Part shown: piece after piece, positions 17,341 through 29,421 of the stretch | Layout of the letters: every line of letters begins with the position of its first letter | Numbering within the stretch: position 1 is the stretch's first letter | Assembly (NCBI GenBank): GCA_964016885.1 | Contig: OZ024746.1 | Coordinates: 60,264,001-60,328,000, forward strand | Length of the DNA stretch: 64,000 nucleotides | DNA from: Eledone cirrhosa | Lineage: Eukaryota | Direction: 5' to 3' | Program-made: the position numbers and the translations under genes | Notes under the pieces: generated by a model | What the model saw: only the letters and a program-made list of their open reading frames with translations | The model's database searches: none | What the model was told of the DNA's origin: nothing

Positions 17341-17889
17341 TACGTTTTTCAAAAAATTGGGAGAAAAAATAGAACTGTATTAGTATTTCGGTTTAAACAG
17401 CGTCATACACAAAGGAGTAATTAAAATATTATGTCGTTCTTTCGTTATTGGTATATTAATTTTCAGAAGTTGATCTTCCGTGTTATTGTAAGTTTCTGTT
17501 TATATGGTTGAAGTGTTTATAGTCACATCAGCCCATATTTCGTATTATTTAATTTGAATAGATAACTGTTGTGTTCATTCTTTATGCTTGTTATAATTTC
17601 TCATTCTGTGTTTGTGTGTGTATATATTCACAATAGATTTCCTCTACAGCATCCTCATTTCCTGTTCATTTCCCATGCTGATCAGGGAACAGATTGAAAG
17701 GATGGAAGCGGAGGTAGAGGAACAGTGGTAGCGACATGCTGGTTGTTGGTAGTAAGAGGTTAAGTAGAAAACAGCATGAGCAATGTGATGGGATAGCAAC
17801 AACAGAGTGACAGATGTCAGCTAAAAGTTGCAAGGGGAATGGAATAATGGTCAGTGGTAGAGGGTGTTATTGGCCGATGGTAAGGGAAA

Positions 17890-18090
17890 GTGGTAAATGT
17901 CAACTATGAAGCAAGAGAGAGAGAATGGCAGTTAGCAGTAAAGTGTGATGATACTGGATGTAGATAGATCTAAAGTCATATGGTTAGAGTGTGGTAAATG
18001 TCAATTATGGAGCAAGCAAGTGAGAGAGAGAGAGAATGGTGCTTTAGCAGTAAAGGGTGATGATACTGAATGAAAAGATCTAAAGCCATT
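17890..18090. repeat. Diverged ~100-bp tandem duplication
   Basis: gtggtaaatgtcaa...gatctaaag occurs twice. Confidence 0.8.
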
Positions 18091-18255
18091 CCTCATTTCT
18101 CAGGTGTAATGAGGGTCAGCTCTTATAGTAGAGGGGTGATAGTAAGAGAGCAGTAGAGAGATGGTAGCAGATGAGATAAGGGACACTGGTGGAGAGATTG
18201 GAAACAAACAGATCAAATGTCCTCCCTTGTTATTTAGCAGGATATAGTGAGAATA

Positions 18256-18468
18256 TTAACCCTTTAATGTTCAAACTGGCCAAAACCGACCAGAATTCTC
18301 TACCTCTATCTGTTGAAACTGGCTGTAACTGGTTGCTCAAACTGATGTTACGGTATTATTTTCAAAATCTCATAGATTCTATATTATATGAGATAATTAT
18401 GCGAGGTAAAGCCTTTACCATGAAAATATAATAGTATATATATAGTAATGTGAATACTAAAGGGTTAA
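18256..18468. mobile_element. piggyBac-like MITE (TTAA-CCCTTT...AAAGGG-TTAA). Other copies at 19628-19844, 33744-33922, 34044-34255, 49174-49390, 63207-63425
   Basis: TTAA target site, CCCTTT TIRs and shared internal sequence. Confidence 0.8.
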
Positions 18469-18479
18469 AGGATGAAGGG

Positions 18480-18990
18480 GTGGTGAGGGGAACAGATAAG
18501 AGATTTAACAGCAGAGAAGCTGGAAAGAATAGATATGAAAATGGTTCAATGGATGAGCGGAGTCTCACTCTTGAGAAAATAATCAATAAATTGTAGAGGA
18601 TGATGGGAATAAAGCCAGTGATGAATGTGGTGAAAAGAAATAGAACAAGATGGTTGGGTGATGTGTTGAGCAAGGATTAAAATTATTGGGTGAGAGGAAT
18701 TGAACCAGTGATGAATGTTGTGGAAAGAACGGGAATGAGATGGTTGGGTGAGAGGAATAGAGCTAGTGATGAATGTTTTGAAAGGAAAGAAAATGAGATG
18801 GTTGGGTGATGTGTTGAGGAAAGATGGAAATGACTGCATGAGAACTAAATGAGAAGGAAAATGGAATGAGATGGTTGGGTCATGTGTTGAGAAAGTATAA
18901 CAGTGACTAGGTATGAGATATGAATGTTGAAGGAAGAAAAGGAAGATGAAGACCAAGAAAAACATTGCTAAAGATGGAAGAAAGGAAAGC
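18480..18990 (+). mobile_element. Old RTE-like 3' remnant with an internally multiplied RWLG(H)VLR segment
   Basis: gagatggttgggt(g/c)atgtgttgag-like segment recurs 3-4 times. Confidence 0.5.
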
Positions 18991-19387
18991 CAGCGAGTTT
19001 GGGAGGAAGATGGAGATAAGACAAAATAGAGAAAACAAAAAATTGATAAGATGTTGACATTTTTTATCAATTTAGATTTTAATTCAATTTTGTTTTTTTA
19101 AATTGAATATTCAGTTTAAGTTTCAGGTACAAATTATTTAGTTGTTGGTGGTAAAAAAATAAAAATTTGAGAAACTATATAGACATGATAGAGAGATTGA
19201 TATATAGAAAGTATGTGGGCAGTGAGATGAGAATTTGGAGAGGGAAATAGACAGAGTATGGGGGATGAGAATCTAGTGGGGTACGAGGAACTAATAAATG
19301 TAAAGAGTGAAATGTAACTGGTGTTAGGAGGATAGTGTTGAGTATGTGTAGTGCATGTGTGTGTGTATATATATATATAGATACACA

Positions 19388-19484
19388 TACAGTGTCCCCA
19401 AAAATATATACACACTTTGATTACCTGTACAGGCAATATTTATTAGAATACTGTTGAAGTGTGTATACATTTTTTTGGGACACC

Positions 19485-19489
<5 letters not shown>
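19388..19489. mobile_element. Tc1/mariner-type MITE. Related copies at 23216-23370 and 33374-33460
   Basis: TA-CAG(G/T)GTGTCCCAAAAA...TTTTGGGACACCCTG-TA termini. Confidence 0.7.
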
Positions 19490-19555
<66 letters not shown>

Positions 19556-21030
19556 TGTGTGTATGTGTAAAAAAATCAACATTAGAAAATAATACAAGAT
19601 AAAACAAAACAATAATGGTGTATTAGTTTAACCCTTTAGTATTTAAACCGACTGTATCCGGCCAGATCTCTCACTTCTTTCTGTTCAAATCGCCCGCTCA
19701 TACTGATACTAAGGTAGTATTCTCAAAATAAATATCAAAATCTCATAGATTTGATATTATGTGAGATAATTATGTAAGGTAAAGTGTTTATTACCATAAA
19801 AATATAGTAGTAAATATAGAGTAATGTAAATGCTAAAGGGTTAATGCTTAATATAGTTGGAAACGTTTCAGATGCTAGTCCTTTATTGGAAATAGAAGAG
19901 AAAGGAAGACATAAAAGAGGAGAAAACACTGAAAACAAGGAGAAAGCACATGTAATTGTTAGTCAGCCATCTTAGAAAAGCATATATATAAATATATATA
20001 TATAGCAGTAGGAAGGGCATCCAGTTGTAGAAACCAAGCCAAAATCAATTCTGTATAAGCAAGACATGGTTATCTTGTCTCAAATAGAACAATCCATCTA
20101 ACCCATGCTAGTGTGGAAAATGGATGTTAAACGGTGGGGATGATGATACATATATATGAGAGATACGTACACACGCATACATTTGTATGTGTGTATAAAG
20201 AGAGGGAGATTTGAGAAAAGCTAGCTAGCTGCCATGTAAAACTGAGATCAATACAATCTTGACTCAAGTTTGAACTCAGTAAAACCTGGAAACAAAAAAT
20301 ACACCCTACTAAACTGCAAATAAAGTAAGACGATGTTGTTGAAAATAATCAATAACTGAAAGAGATTTAATTTTTTTCTTGCTCTCTCTCTCTTCCTCAT
20401 GGTTTGTCTCTCCTTGCTTGCTCTCTTGCTTCTCTCTCTTTCCTTGCTGTTTTCTGTGTCAGCCATTAAAACTGGGATAAGATGGTGGAGAGGGAAGATG
20501 AGTTATTTCCAAGGATGATAAGCTGCTGGCAAAGAAGCAGGCTTCAGTTTTAAATTCAGTGTGTGTGTGTGTGTAAGACATAGAAAAATGTGTATGTGTG
20601 CATGTGAGATAAGTGTATTTTAAAAGTGGTAGTAGGTTGAGGAGAGTCAGAATGACAGCAGTTGTATTTTTATGGGTTCTATACCTGGTTGGGGATATTA
20701 CACATTCTTTAACCCTTCTGATACTAAATTACCTGAAACCACCCCAGGTTTTATGATATAAAACATTTATATTTATCTAAAAGCCTTCTATCATAATTTT
20801 ATGTAAGAACTTTTATGTTTTGTTATAAACACTAACTTAATGATTTTATTTATTTTAATATTTTTTTTTAATTTATGAAAAAAATTGTTGACAGCCTCAT
20901 TCATTAAAAACATATTAAGGGAAGAGATAAGGTGTGTATTTGTGCTATGTCAACTGACTAGACTAATGTATGTGTGAGACAAATGGCTGCCCTTTAGTCT
21001 TCACTAATACCTGTTCTTTTTATTTTCTAG

Positions 21031-21089
21031 GGAAAAAAGATGGGTAACCATTGGCGACACAACTATGAAACTTTACAAATGGGTGCCAG
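21031..21089 (+). CDS. BCL7: BCL7-family (SWI/SNF-BAF subunit) exon: (W)EKRWVTIGDTTMKLYKWVP
   Basis: Matches the conserved BCL_N second half (EKKWVTVGDTSLRIYKWVP). AG/GT boundaries. Confidence 0.92.
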
Positions 21090-21149
21090 GTTTGTGTTGA
21101 ATTATCTCCCCTTCATTAGTTTTAGACTAAATGCCTCAGAATTTGTTCC

Positions 21150-21730
21150 GGCTCTCAGTGCCTCCAAGTTCAAATCCCTGCAAGGTCAACTTTCCTTTTT
21201 ATCCTTTCCAGGTCAATAAATAAAGTACCACTACATAGGTGGTGTATTGGCAGAATTGTTAGTCAGATAGGATGCTATGTGGCTCTGTAAGTTCTGAGTT
21301 CTAACTCCACTAGTGTCAACTGTGCTTTCCAGCCTTTCAGGATCACTAAAATATAGTATCAGTCAAGTATTTGTAGGCAATATAATCAACTGCTCCTTCC
21401 ACATGCCCACCAAAAGAATTGTTGGCTTTGTGCCTACAATAGAAACCATAATTATCATTATTATTATTAGACAAAGTTAACCTCGATGGTCTGAGTTCAA
21501 ATCCCGCCGAGGTTAACATTGCCTTTCACCCTTACGGGGTCGATAAAATAAAGTACCAGTAATATATTGGAATAATTGCTGGCTTTGTGCCAAAAGTAGA
21601 AACAATTATTATTAGGCAGAATTTGCTTTGGTTCTTGATGTTCTGAGATCAAATTCTGCTATAGTCAACTTTGCCTTTCATCCTTCTGGGGTTGATAAAA
21701 TAAAGTACCAGTAAAGTACTGGGGTCGACA
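21150..21730 (+). mobile_element. Cluster of four tRNA-derived SINE copies. Others at 22745-22945(-), 30615-30760, 43075-43240, 51300-51400(-)
   Basis: B-box GAGTTCAAATCC followed by the conserved gtcaactttgcctttcatcct...gataaaataaagtaccag. Confidence 0.75.
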
Positions 21731-21739
21731 GGCCCAGCT

Positions 21740-22400
21740 GATGACAGTTCCAAGCCTACAGAGTTTAACTCGAACTGGCAATCTCCTCGGTAGCACTGCT
21801 AGGCCAGGGTGACAAGTCCTACACACACTTGGAGTATTTCTGACTTTTGGGTTTATGTTTATCACTTGCTGTCACATTGTAGGACGAATCCAACTGTCAA
21901 TTGAGTCCATTTAGGAGATTACCCCTCTGCCTTCCTTTAGAGATGTTTTTATGTCTGGTGGACGCATTTGAAAGGGTTGAACACAAGTATTTTCCTCATC
22001 AGCGAAGCCCTGATGAACTTTTTCAGGTTTCATTTGAAGAGGAAAATCAGGGAGGAGAGGGAAGTGCTACCTTCCAAGCAGTTTGTTGAGAGTGGGGGTG
22101 ATAGTTGTAAGCATGGTCCAAGTGAATCGGCCTGCCCTGAGTATATGCCTGAGATTGGAGGAGGACAACTGGGAGAGGGCACTTGCCTGAGCAGTAAGGG
22201 TGACCGTGGCTTTTTGTGGGCTTTCTCCACAAGTGACACTTGGAAGTCTCCCACCTTTGGGGAATTTGTAGTTTGATTTTTTAAATGTTTTTAGTCTTTG
22301 TTATAAACTTTTATTCTACATAAAAAAACCCACACTGTACTGTCCTGTGCTATCTTTATTGTTCTCTTAATGTGAGCCCTGTATGGCTAATAAAGAAACC
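21740..22400 (+). mobile_element. Degenerate L1/Tx1-like 3' end
   Basis: FFRFHLKRKIREEREVL C-terminal-like peptide, then AATAAAG terminus. Confidence 0.35.
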
Positions 22401-22444
22401 ATTATACCATATCACTACCATTCTGCTGTTGTCTTTCTATGCAG

Positions 22445-22467
22445 TGTCCAACCAAGAACCTTCCCAA
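22445..22467 (+). CDS. BCL7: BCL7 23-nt microexon (VSNQEPSQ)
   Basis: ttctatgcag|...|gtaaat. Needed to restore frame (phase 1 to 0). Confidence 0.75.
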
Positions 22468-23007
22468 GTAAATGAGGCTTTCTACACAGTTAACAGAAGA
22501 CACACTGTAAGTAAAACTACTGCTTTTATTGGTCCCTATATTGATAATAGTGGTATGGTGGTTCTAGCAGGGGTTATTGCAGTTACAGTTGTAGTTGTGT
22601 AAAAGTATTGTTGGTAGTTGTAATTGTGTAAAAATAGTGGTGGCATTGGCAGTAGTGGTGGTGGTTTTGGTTGTAGCCATAGTTGTAGAAATACTGGTAT
22701 TGCTTGCATACTACTAATTGTAATAATAATAATTTCTAGTATAGGCACAAGGCTAATAATTTGGGGGTAAAGGAAAGTCGATTAAATAGACCCCAGTACG
22801 TTGCTGGTGCTTTATTTTATCGACCCCGTAAGGATGAAAGGCAAAGTTAATTTTGGCGGGATTTGAACTCAGACCATAAGGCCTGTAACTCTATGCGTCA
22901 AAGCATGGCGTCTGACCCTCTACCGATACTGCCAATCCACCTCCCTACTAATTGTAATAATAATTTCTAATTGATTTCTCTCTCTCTCTCAATCACTGTG
23001 TTTGTAG

Positions 23008-23116
23008 AGAAATGGTGCAGCCCATCACATCTACAAAAGGAAAGGACCCTCCAAACGTCATGAAAAGGAACCAGAGAAACCTCCAGAACCTCAAAATTTA
23101 GATGGAAACAGCCAAA
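23008..23116 (+). CDS. BCL7: BCL7 exon (RNGAAHHIYKRKGPSKRHEKEPEKPPEPQNLDGNSQ)
   Basis: tttgtag acceptor after a CT tract, gtatat donor, open frame. Confidence 0.75.
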
Positions 23117-23390
23117 GTATATCTAGTTTTTATTGCTCTCTCATTAAACATATTTACTTCTTATTTCTTCTTAACTATTTAACAGCAGCTTTATTTATTT
23201 GTGTGTATGTACACACACAGGGTGTACCCCAAAAATGTATACGCATTTCAACAGCAGATAACTCAAATCTGCACTTTTACTTTTCAAATTTTACCCATCA
23301 GTAAGCATTTTGGGGTGTTTACATACAATTGAATTGTCTGTAGATCATTTTAGTTTGGGGACACCCTGTAAAATATTTTGGGGGGTGGGG

Positions 23391-23442
<52 letters not shown>

Positions 23443-23651
23443 TGTTTATATATGCATTATTAAGATAAGGTTAATAGTGCAGATACAGATATTGTATATA
23501 CTTACACTATAGATGACATTAGTAGCCAACAAATTTATAATTTAATTAATTTATCTGATATTTTTATATTTCCAAATTTTATCTTTTTCTTTTTTCTTTT
23601 CCTTTTTTTCTTTCCTCTGTTATTTCCTGGTGACATTGTCTGTGTGTCCAG

Positions 23652-23960
23652 CTCCAACAGTGACAGCTAAACCTCCACAACTAGGAGGCACTGAGTCTAC
23701 CACTAGTGCCGGCCAGGAGGGCCAGACCATACAGCCAACACCTACTCCTGCTGCTGCTGCTAATGTAGCCAATGCCTCCTCCACCACCACCTCTGCCACC
23801 ACTAACACCACCACCACTACTTCCACCACTGAGTCAAAGACCAATGGTCAACACCACCACCACCCATCTCCTGCAGCAGACTCTGCTGATGTTACTTCTA
23901 ACTGTTCCTCTCTGGTGCCAGGTAATGTACCCCCTCTAGAGGACAGCCTCTCAGCAAATG
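23652..23960 (+). CDS. BCL7: BCL7 T/A/S/H-rich exon (alternative donor at 23921)
   Basis: Long pyrimidine tract, phase 1-1 open frame (ORF 23630-23986). Confidence 0.7.
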
Positions 23961-24329
23961 GTAGGTCAACAACAATTTCTCATTAGCTCTTTCTCATGAT
24001 GAAGAACAGTATATTATATGCTTTGTTTTATATTGCCAATTTGTTGGAATTATTGATGTTTATGATACTGCTGGTCAACACATCTACAATATAAAAGATG
24101 TTTATATTTAGCTAAAAACATTCCATCATAATTTTATGTAAGAACCTTTGTCCTAAACACCAGCTTAATTCATAAGAATGTTTTATAACTAAACCCTTTG
24201 AAATTTTTAATTATTTTCAACATTATTTGAAAAGTGTGTATTGATGAAACTTCATGAATACACAGTTTGTTGCAACATTGTGGCCATGTTGAAAGACATA
24301 AATCTCCTTATATGAGGTATATAAGGAGT

Positions 24330-25146
24330 AGCCAACTTTATTTTTCCCTGTTGAAAGTAATGACATTTGGGAGACAAAAATGTGCAGATGAGAGCCACAT
24401 ACATTCATGCACATGTGGTTTTTGGTGAGCTTCTGGATGCATCAGTCAATGTCAACCTGCTGGCATGAAAGGTGCTGTATTACTTACTCATTGCATTTTC
24501 CTTTCACTTGATACTGCCAATAAGAGTCCTGTATTCTTGACTACTGTGATAACTGGAAATGAGACATGGGTGTATGGGTAGGACCCATAAAGCAAAGTGC
24601 AGTTATCACAGAGGCAGCATCCGGTGTCGCCAAGTCCCCCAAAAGAGCCTTTAGGTATAGAGTAAAATCAAAGTGATGTTGACTGTTTTCTTCAACTACC
24701 AAGGCATTAAGCATCATGAAGGAAGCTACAAAGAAGGAAGTACTCCACCTTTGTGATGTAATTCAGTGTAAGAGACTGAATCTATGGGCCTTGCAAAATT
24801 GGCAGCTGCATTTTGACAATACCCCAGCTCAAAGAAAGGCATTTCACTCATTTGCCAGGCTCCTTACTCTCCAGATATGGCTCCTTTTCTCTTCTGGTTG
24901 TTCCCAAAAATGAAAATGCCACTAAAAGACTCCATCTTTGTGAGCCAAGGGGACATAATGTGGACTGCAACAGCAAAGCTGAGATCCATTCTGAGAGAAG
25001 CATTTGAGATGTGCTTCAAACAGTAGAAGCATCATTGGGTTATGTGGAGGCATGAATTGCTTTTTTCAAAAGAGGATTAGCAATTGAACCCCACGAAGTA
25101 TATAATTTTTACCCCCAGCCTTTGGATACTTTTTCGACAAACCTGA
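24330..25146 (+). mobile_element. Mariner transposase remnant
   Basis: ITG(N)ETWVYG.DP, LH.DN.PA and YSPDMAP..FWLFP fragments. Ends near TA. Confidence 0.85.
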
Positions 25147-25444
25147 TATATATATGTATGTATGTGTGTGTCGGCATATATATATATTATCATCACCATT
25201 TTACGTCCATTCTTCCACACTAGCATGGGTTAGGCGGGTTGTCCTGTTGTGGGCAATGCCAGCTCGGGTGACCATGTCTTATTCATACAGAACTGATTCT
25301 GGCTTGATTTCTACAGCTGGATGCCCTTCCTAACACCAACCTCATTTACAGTGAGTACTGGGTGCTTTTTACCATGGCGCCTACAAGGCCACTTTACAGT
25401 GTGGACTGGGTGCTTTTTTGTTGTGACACTTACACGAAAATCAC

Positions 25445-25830
25445 CATCATCATCATCATCGTTTAACGTCCATCTTCCACGCTTGCATGGGTTTGGATGG
25501 GAGTTTTCCCACTTGAGGCAAGAGTGGTTGTCTCACTCGCATAGGACTGTCTGGCAGGTTTTCTACGGCTGGATGCCCTTCCTAACACCAACCACGTTTA
25601 CAGTGTGGACTGGGAGGTTTTTACCGTGTTACCTACACGGACACATTACAGCGTGGACTGTTTTTTTTGTCGTGACACCTACACGACCTCATTTGTTTTG
25701 GACTGGATGTTGTGGTACCAACATAACTTTACATTGAATGGGGTGGGGGTAGTGGGACGGGGGTGTATTTTGTTAGAGGTGCCTACTGACTGTAGTAGGT
25801 TTCACTTTGTACTAAGGTAAGGCGGGTCTA
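25445..25830 (-). mobile_element. RTE 3' UTR/tail copy, inverted
   Basis: Reverse complement of 15760-16149 and 26030-26420. Confidence 0.85.
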
Positions 25831-25842
25831 TATATATATATG

Positions 25843-26425
25843 TCAAGTGATGCGCATGAAAGACGACAGCTGTATAAAAAAGTGCAGGGCAATCAAAATA
25901 GACGGTAGCCACGGAGTAGGCAGACCCAGAAAAACCTGGGATAACTTGATAAATTCCGACCTCACACACTTACACCTCTCCAAGACAGTCACTGGACCGA
26001 GATCTTTGGCGCTACGCAGTAATACAGAAGACCTGCCTTGCCTAAGTGCAAAGAGAAACCTACAGTCAGTAGGCACCTCTTAACCAAAATACACCCCCGT
26101 CCACTACCCCCACCCCATCCACACCACCCCTTTCGATGTAAAGTTATGTTGGTACCACAACATCCAGTCCTAAATAAATGAGGTTGTGTAGGTGTCACAA
26201 CAAAAAAAACACAGTCCACGCTGTAATGTGGCCGTGTTGGTAACACGGTAAAAACCTCCCAGTCCACACTGTAAACGTGGTTGGTGTTAGGAAGGGCATC
26301 CAGCCGTAGAAAACCCGCCAGACAGTCCTATACGAGCAAGACAACCAATCTTGCCTCAAGTGGGAAAATTTCCGTCCAAACCCATGCTAGCGTGGAAGAT
26401 GGACGTTAAATGATGATGATGGTGA
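25843..26425 (+). mobile_element. RTE 3' fragment with (GAT)n tail
   Basis: GRPRKTW, nearly identical to 15670-16149. Confidence 0.88.
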
Positions 26426-26459
26426 TATATATGCTCACACACAAATACATATATATATA

Positions 26460-27351
26460 CTAGCAGCAGTACCCAGCGTTGCCTGGGTAGATAAAATAAT
26501 ATCTGCTTTGAGCTGGCGAGTTTCTTAAAAATCTGTTGTAAGGTTTAGCAAATGGCGAAATGTTGAGTGAAATCATATGGAATATGTGGAAGGTGGAAAA
26601 AATCGTATTTTGAAGAGTTAAACCCCTGCCACGCCATCCCTGAACAAAAAATGCAAAGTGCAAAGCTACTATAAGATGTGCAATGATAGGTTCTATTGTA
26701 GTATAAAAGTTGAACCAAATAAATTGATTTATGTGTGAGGTGGAGCCGAAGTTTCGAATTTGAAGGAAATTGGTTGAAAAATGTGGGAGCTAGAGCCGAA
26801 AAGGTGGTATTTTCCAATATTTCAGCGGCTGCCACACCGTTCCTGAACAAAAAATCCAAAATGTAAAGCCACTTTAAGACGTTAAATAATCAGATCTAGT
26901 GTAGTGTAAAATTTGAACAAAGTAGGTTGATTAATGTGGGAGCTAAAGCCGAAAAAGTGGAAATTTGAGTCTAAAACTGGTATTTTTGAATATTTAAGCG
27001 GCTGCCACGCCGTCCCTGAACAACAAATGCAAAATATAAAGCCATTACAGGATGTGCAATGATAAATTCTATTTTGCTTTAAAATTGAACGAAATCGGTG
27101 GCAAAATGTGGGAGCTAGAGCCAAAAATCTTTTTTTTCGATACCTAAAAAAAGGTGATCCCCCTATCGATTTTTATCTGCAGAATGACCCCGGAATAAAA
27201 AAAACGATACGCTGATATATAGAAAAGACTCCCCCGATGACTAATCTATGAGCCTGTAAAATTTCATGAAAATTGGTAGTAAGATGTAGGCCCCTATAGG
27301 TAATACAGACAGACACACACACACACATACTTAATTTTATATATATACAGA
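26460..27351 (-). mobile_element. Non-autonomous Helitron with internal tandem repeats
   Basis: 5' TC, subterminal hairpin ACCCAG-GCAACG-CTGGGT, 3' CTAG, inserted at A|T. Confidence 0.85.
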
Positions 27352-27624
27352 TATATGCTCACACACACACACATATATATATATGCTCACACACACACAC
27401 ATATATATATATATATGCTCACACACATATACATACATTGTCAGGTCAGGTTTCTGCCTCTTACTGGTACTATGTAGCCCAGTACAACAGGTATCATGCT
27501 TTTGACACCGTGAATAGGTGTGGTAACTGGAATTATATGTATATGTTATAGTGGTGTGTGTGTAGTGTGGAATTAAACAGCAGCAGGAGCCGTTTACATA
27601 CCTTATTGCTCCCCTGTATTTTAG

Positions 27625-27807
27625 GCTCATCTTTGTACACTGACGAGGGAAATACAATGCAGTCGCAGGGTTCCAACTACAGTGACATGTATGGTGCAGG
27701 GAACACATGTATGAATGATGACTCTAACTCCAACATGTCTTTCCCTGACCAATCAAACCAGGAATATTCCCAGGACAGCACTGAGGCTGACTCTGACATG
27801 AGGATGG
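27625..27807 (+). CDS. BCL7: BCL7 exon (GSSLYTDEGN...NDDSNSNM...DSDMRM)
   Basis: ttttag|, |gtaagg, phase 1-1. Acidic DDSN motif resembles BCL7 DENSN. Confidence 0.8.
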
Positions 27808-28547
27808 GTAAGGACAATACACTTTATTGTATATAATCTCTCTTTCTCTATCTATATATATAATCATAATCTTATTCTTTCTTTATATGAATTCATGAAT
27901 CTATTTATTTGTATACAGCCAGCCCTTTGGTAACATCTAATTCATTCCAGAACCTTATTTGTTATCATGTAAATTGAAATATATTTAAGGACAATTTGTT
28001 CCCAAAACCTAATCGATACTGAAAGTCTGTGTTCTTAACATTTGATTACACTAATTATCAATAGAAATAATTGCAAAAAGAGTACAATTGCTACCAATTT
28101 ATTGTATTTACTTCCTGTTACTTGATAAATATTAACAAAAGTGTTACCAAAGGGTCCATTACGGCAATACAAGTAAAATACCTGGCCTACCAAAGATTTC
28201 GTGCTGATGCACTTATCGAGGCCTCATATTTCCACGTGTTTGAGATATTACGAACAGCTGTATCTAAACACTTCCCGTTCTGTTGAGGTGGATAAATCTT
28301 AGTTGTGGCGATCTTCCCTTTTATTATCTTAGGAATACTGGAGGAAAAAAATAAAATCCAAAATCAATACCTTGCGACAATAAAGGGGGATAACTCATCT
28401 ATTTTCTACGAGTTATCTATCTTAACAGATGGACTATTTATACGTATATATATATTTGATAAACACCCATGCTTATATACGCATAGTCACACATACCACA
28501 ACATTACACACACTATGTACTCAATCCTGGTGGTTCTGTTGTTACAG

Positions 28548-28610
28548 CGAGAAGTATGATTGGAGAGGACAGAACTTCCCAGCCGAAAGATAGTGCTGAA
28601 GACACAAATG
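28548..28610 (+). CDS. BCL7: BCL7 exon (ARSMIGEDRTSQPKDSAEDTN)
   Basis: ttacag|, |gtaggt, 63 nt, phase 1-1. Confidence 0.75.
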
Positions 28611-29335
28611 GTAGGTAGATAGTAGTGGTTGTCGTGTACTGTCAATGTTATTAGTATTGTGTATCAATTTAACCGTTACATTATAATCTAATGAAATGCA
28701 CTCATCATCAGGCACTGTATTTGAATTAATTACTGAAGATTTAGAGGGATTATTAAATTTATTTCATCATGAAGTGGGTATTTGTAACATGCATGTTCTG
28801 TAAAAAATGTTGAAAGATTTCAATTTAAATAGGAAGCCTTTAAAATGGAATGTTTTGCTTCATAGAACCATGGCTGTGTTGGTATCAAAAGTGCTAATAA
28901 CAATTTCATTTTAACAGCAGTTTATTAGTGTAGGAAAAGTTTATTTAACTGTATCATTTTAGGAATGTTGGTTTAATATAACAGTACTCTTTCATCAAAA
29001 GGTATGGCTTTCTGTCAAACTTCCAAAATCATTAACCTTTTCATTACCATATTTCCAATGAAAAACACTGTCTTTATGTTTCAATTAATTTTAAAAACAA
29101 ATAATTTCTGCATAAAACCTGGGCAGTTACTGGGTTGGATTAAGCTTGCATGCAGCCCCTCGCTGAAGATTTCATTGGAGCCATTGTATATTATTTATGG
29201 TGCAAAAAAAGTTAACTTGGAGCTCTTTATTGTTGGGCGCCTGGTTATAGCCCAGTGGTCCCCGCTCCTTAATCTGCCACTGGCATGTTAGTAACAAAAA
29301 CGTTAAATCCTAATAAAGCAATATTGTTGTTGTAG

Positions 29336-29421
29336 ATTCTGAGCCTCCTATCCTGGAACCAGAGACAGATGCTGCTCCTGCTGTGAAACGTCACCGAAGG
29401 GAATCTGGTAGTTCCAGTTGA
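29336..29421 (+). CDS. BCL7: BCL7 last coding exon (DSEPPILEPETDAAPAVKRHRRESGSSS*)
   Basis: ttgtag|. EPP.L and AP..KR resemble BCL7 C-termini. TGA at 29419-29421. Confidence 0.8.

Noticed and set aside
16606-17352. 248-aa ORF on -
   Set aside because: Translation of the compound minisatellite.
21490-21510. tRNA gene suggested by B-box GTTCAAATCC
   Set aside because: No cloverleaf. It is followed by a SINE body.
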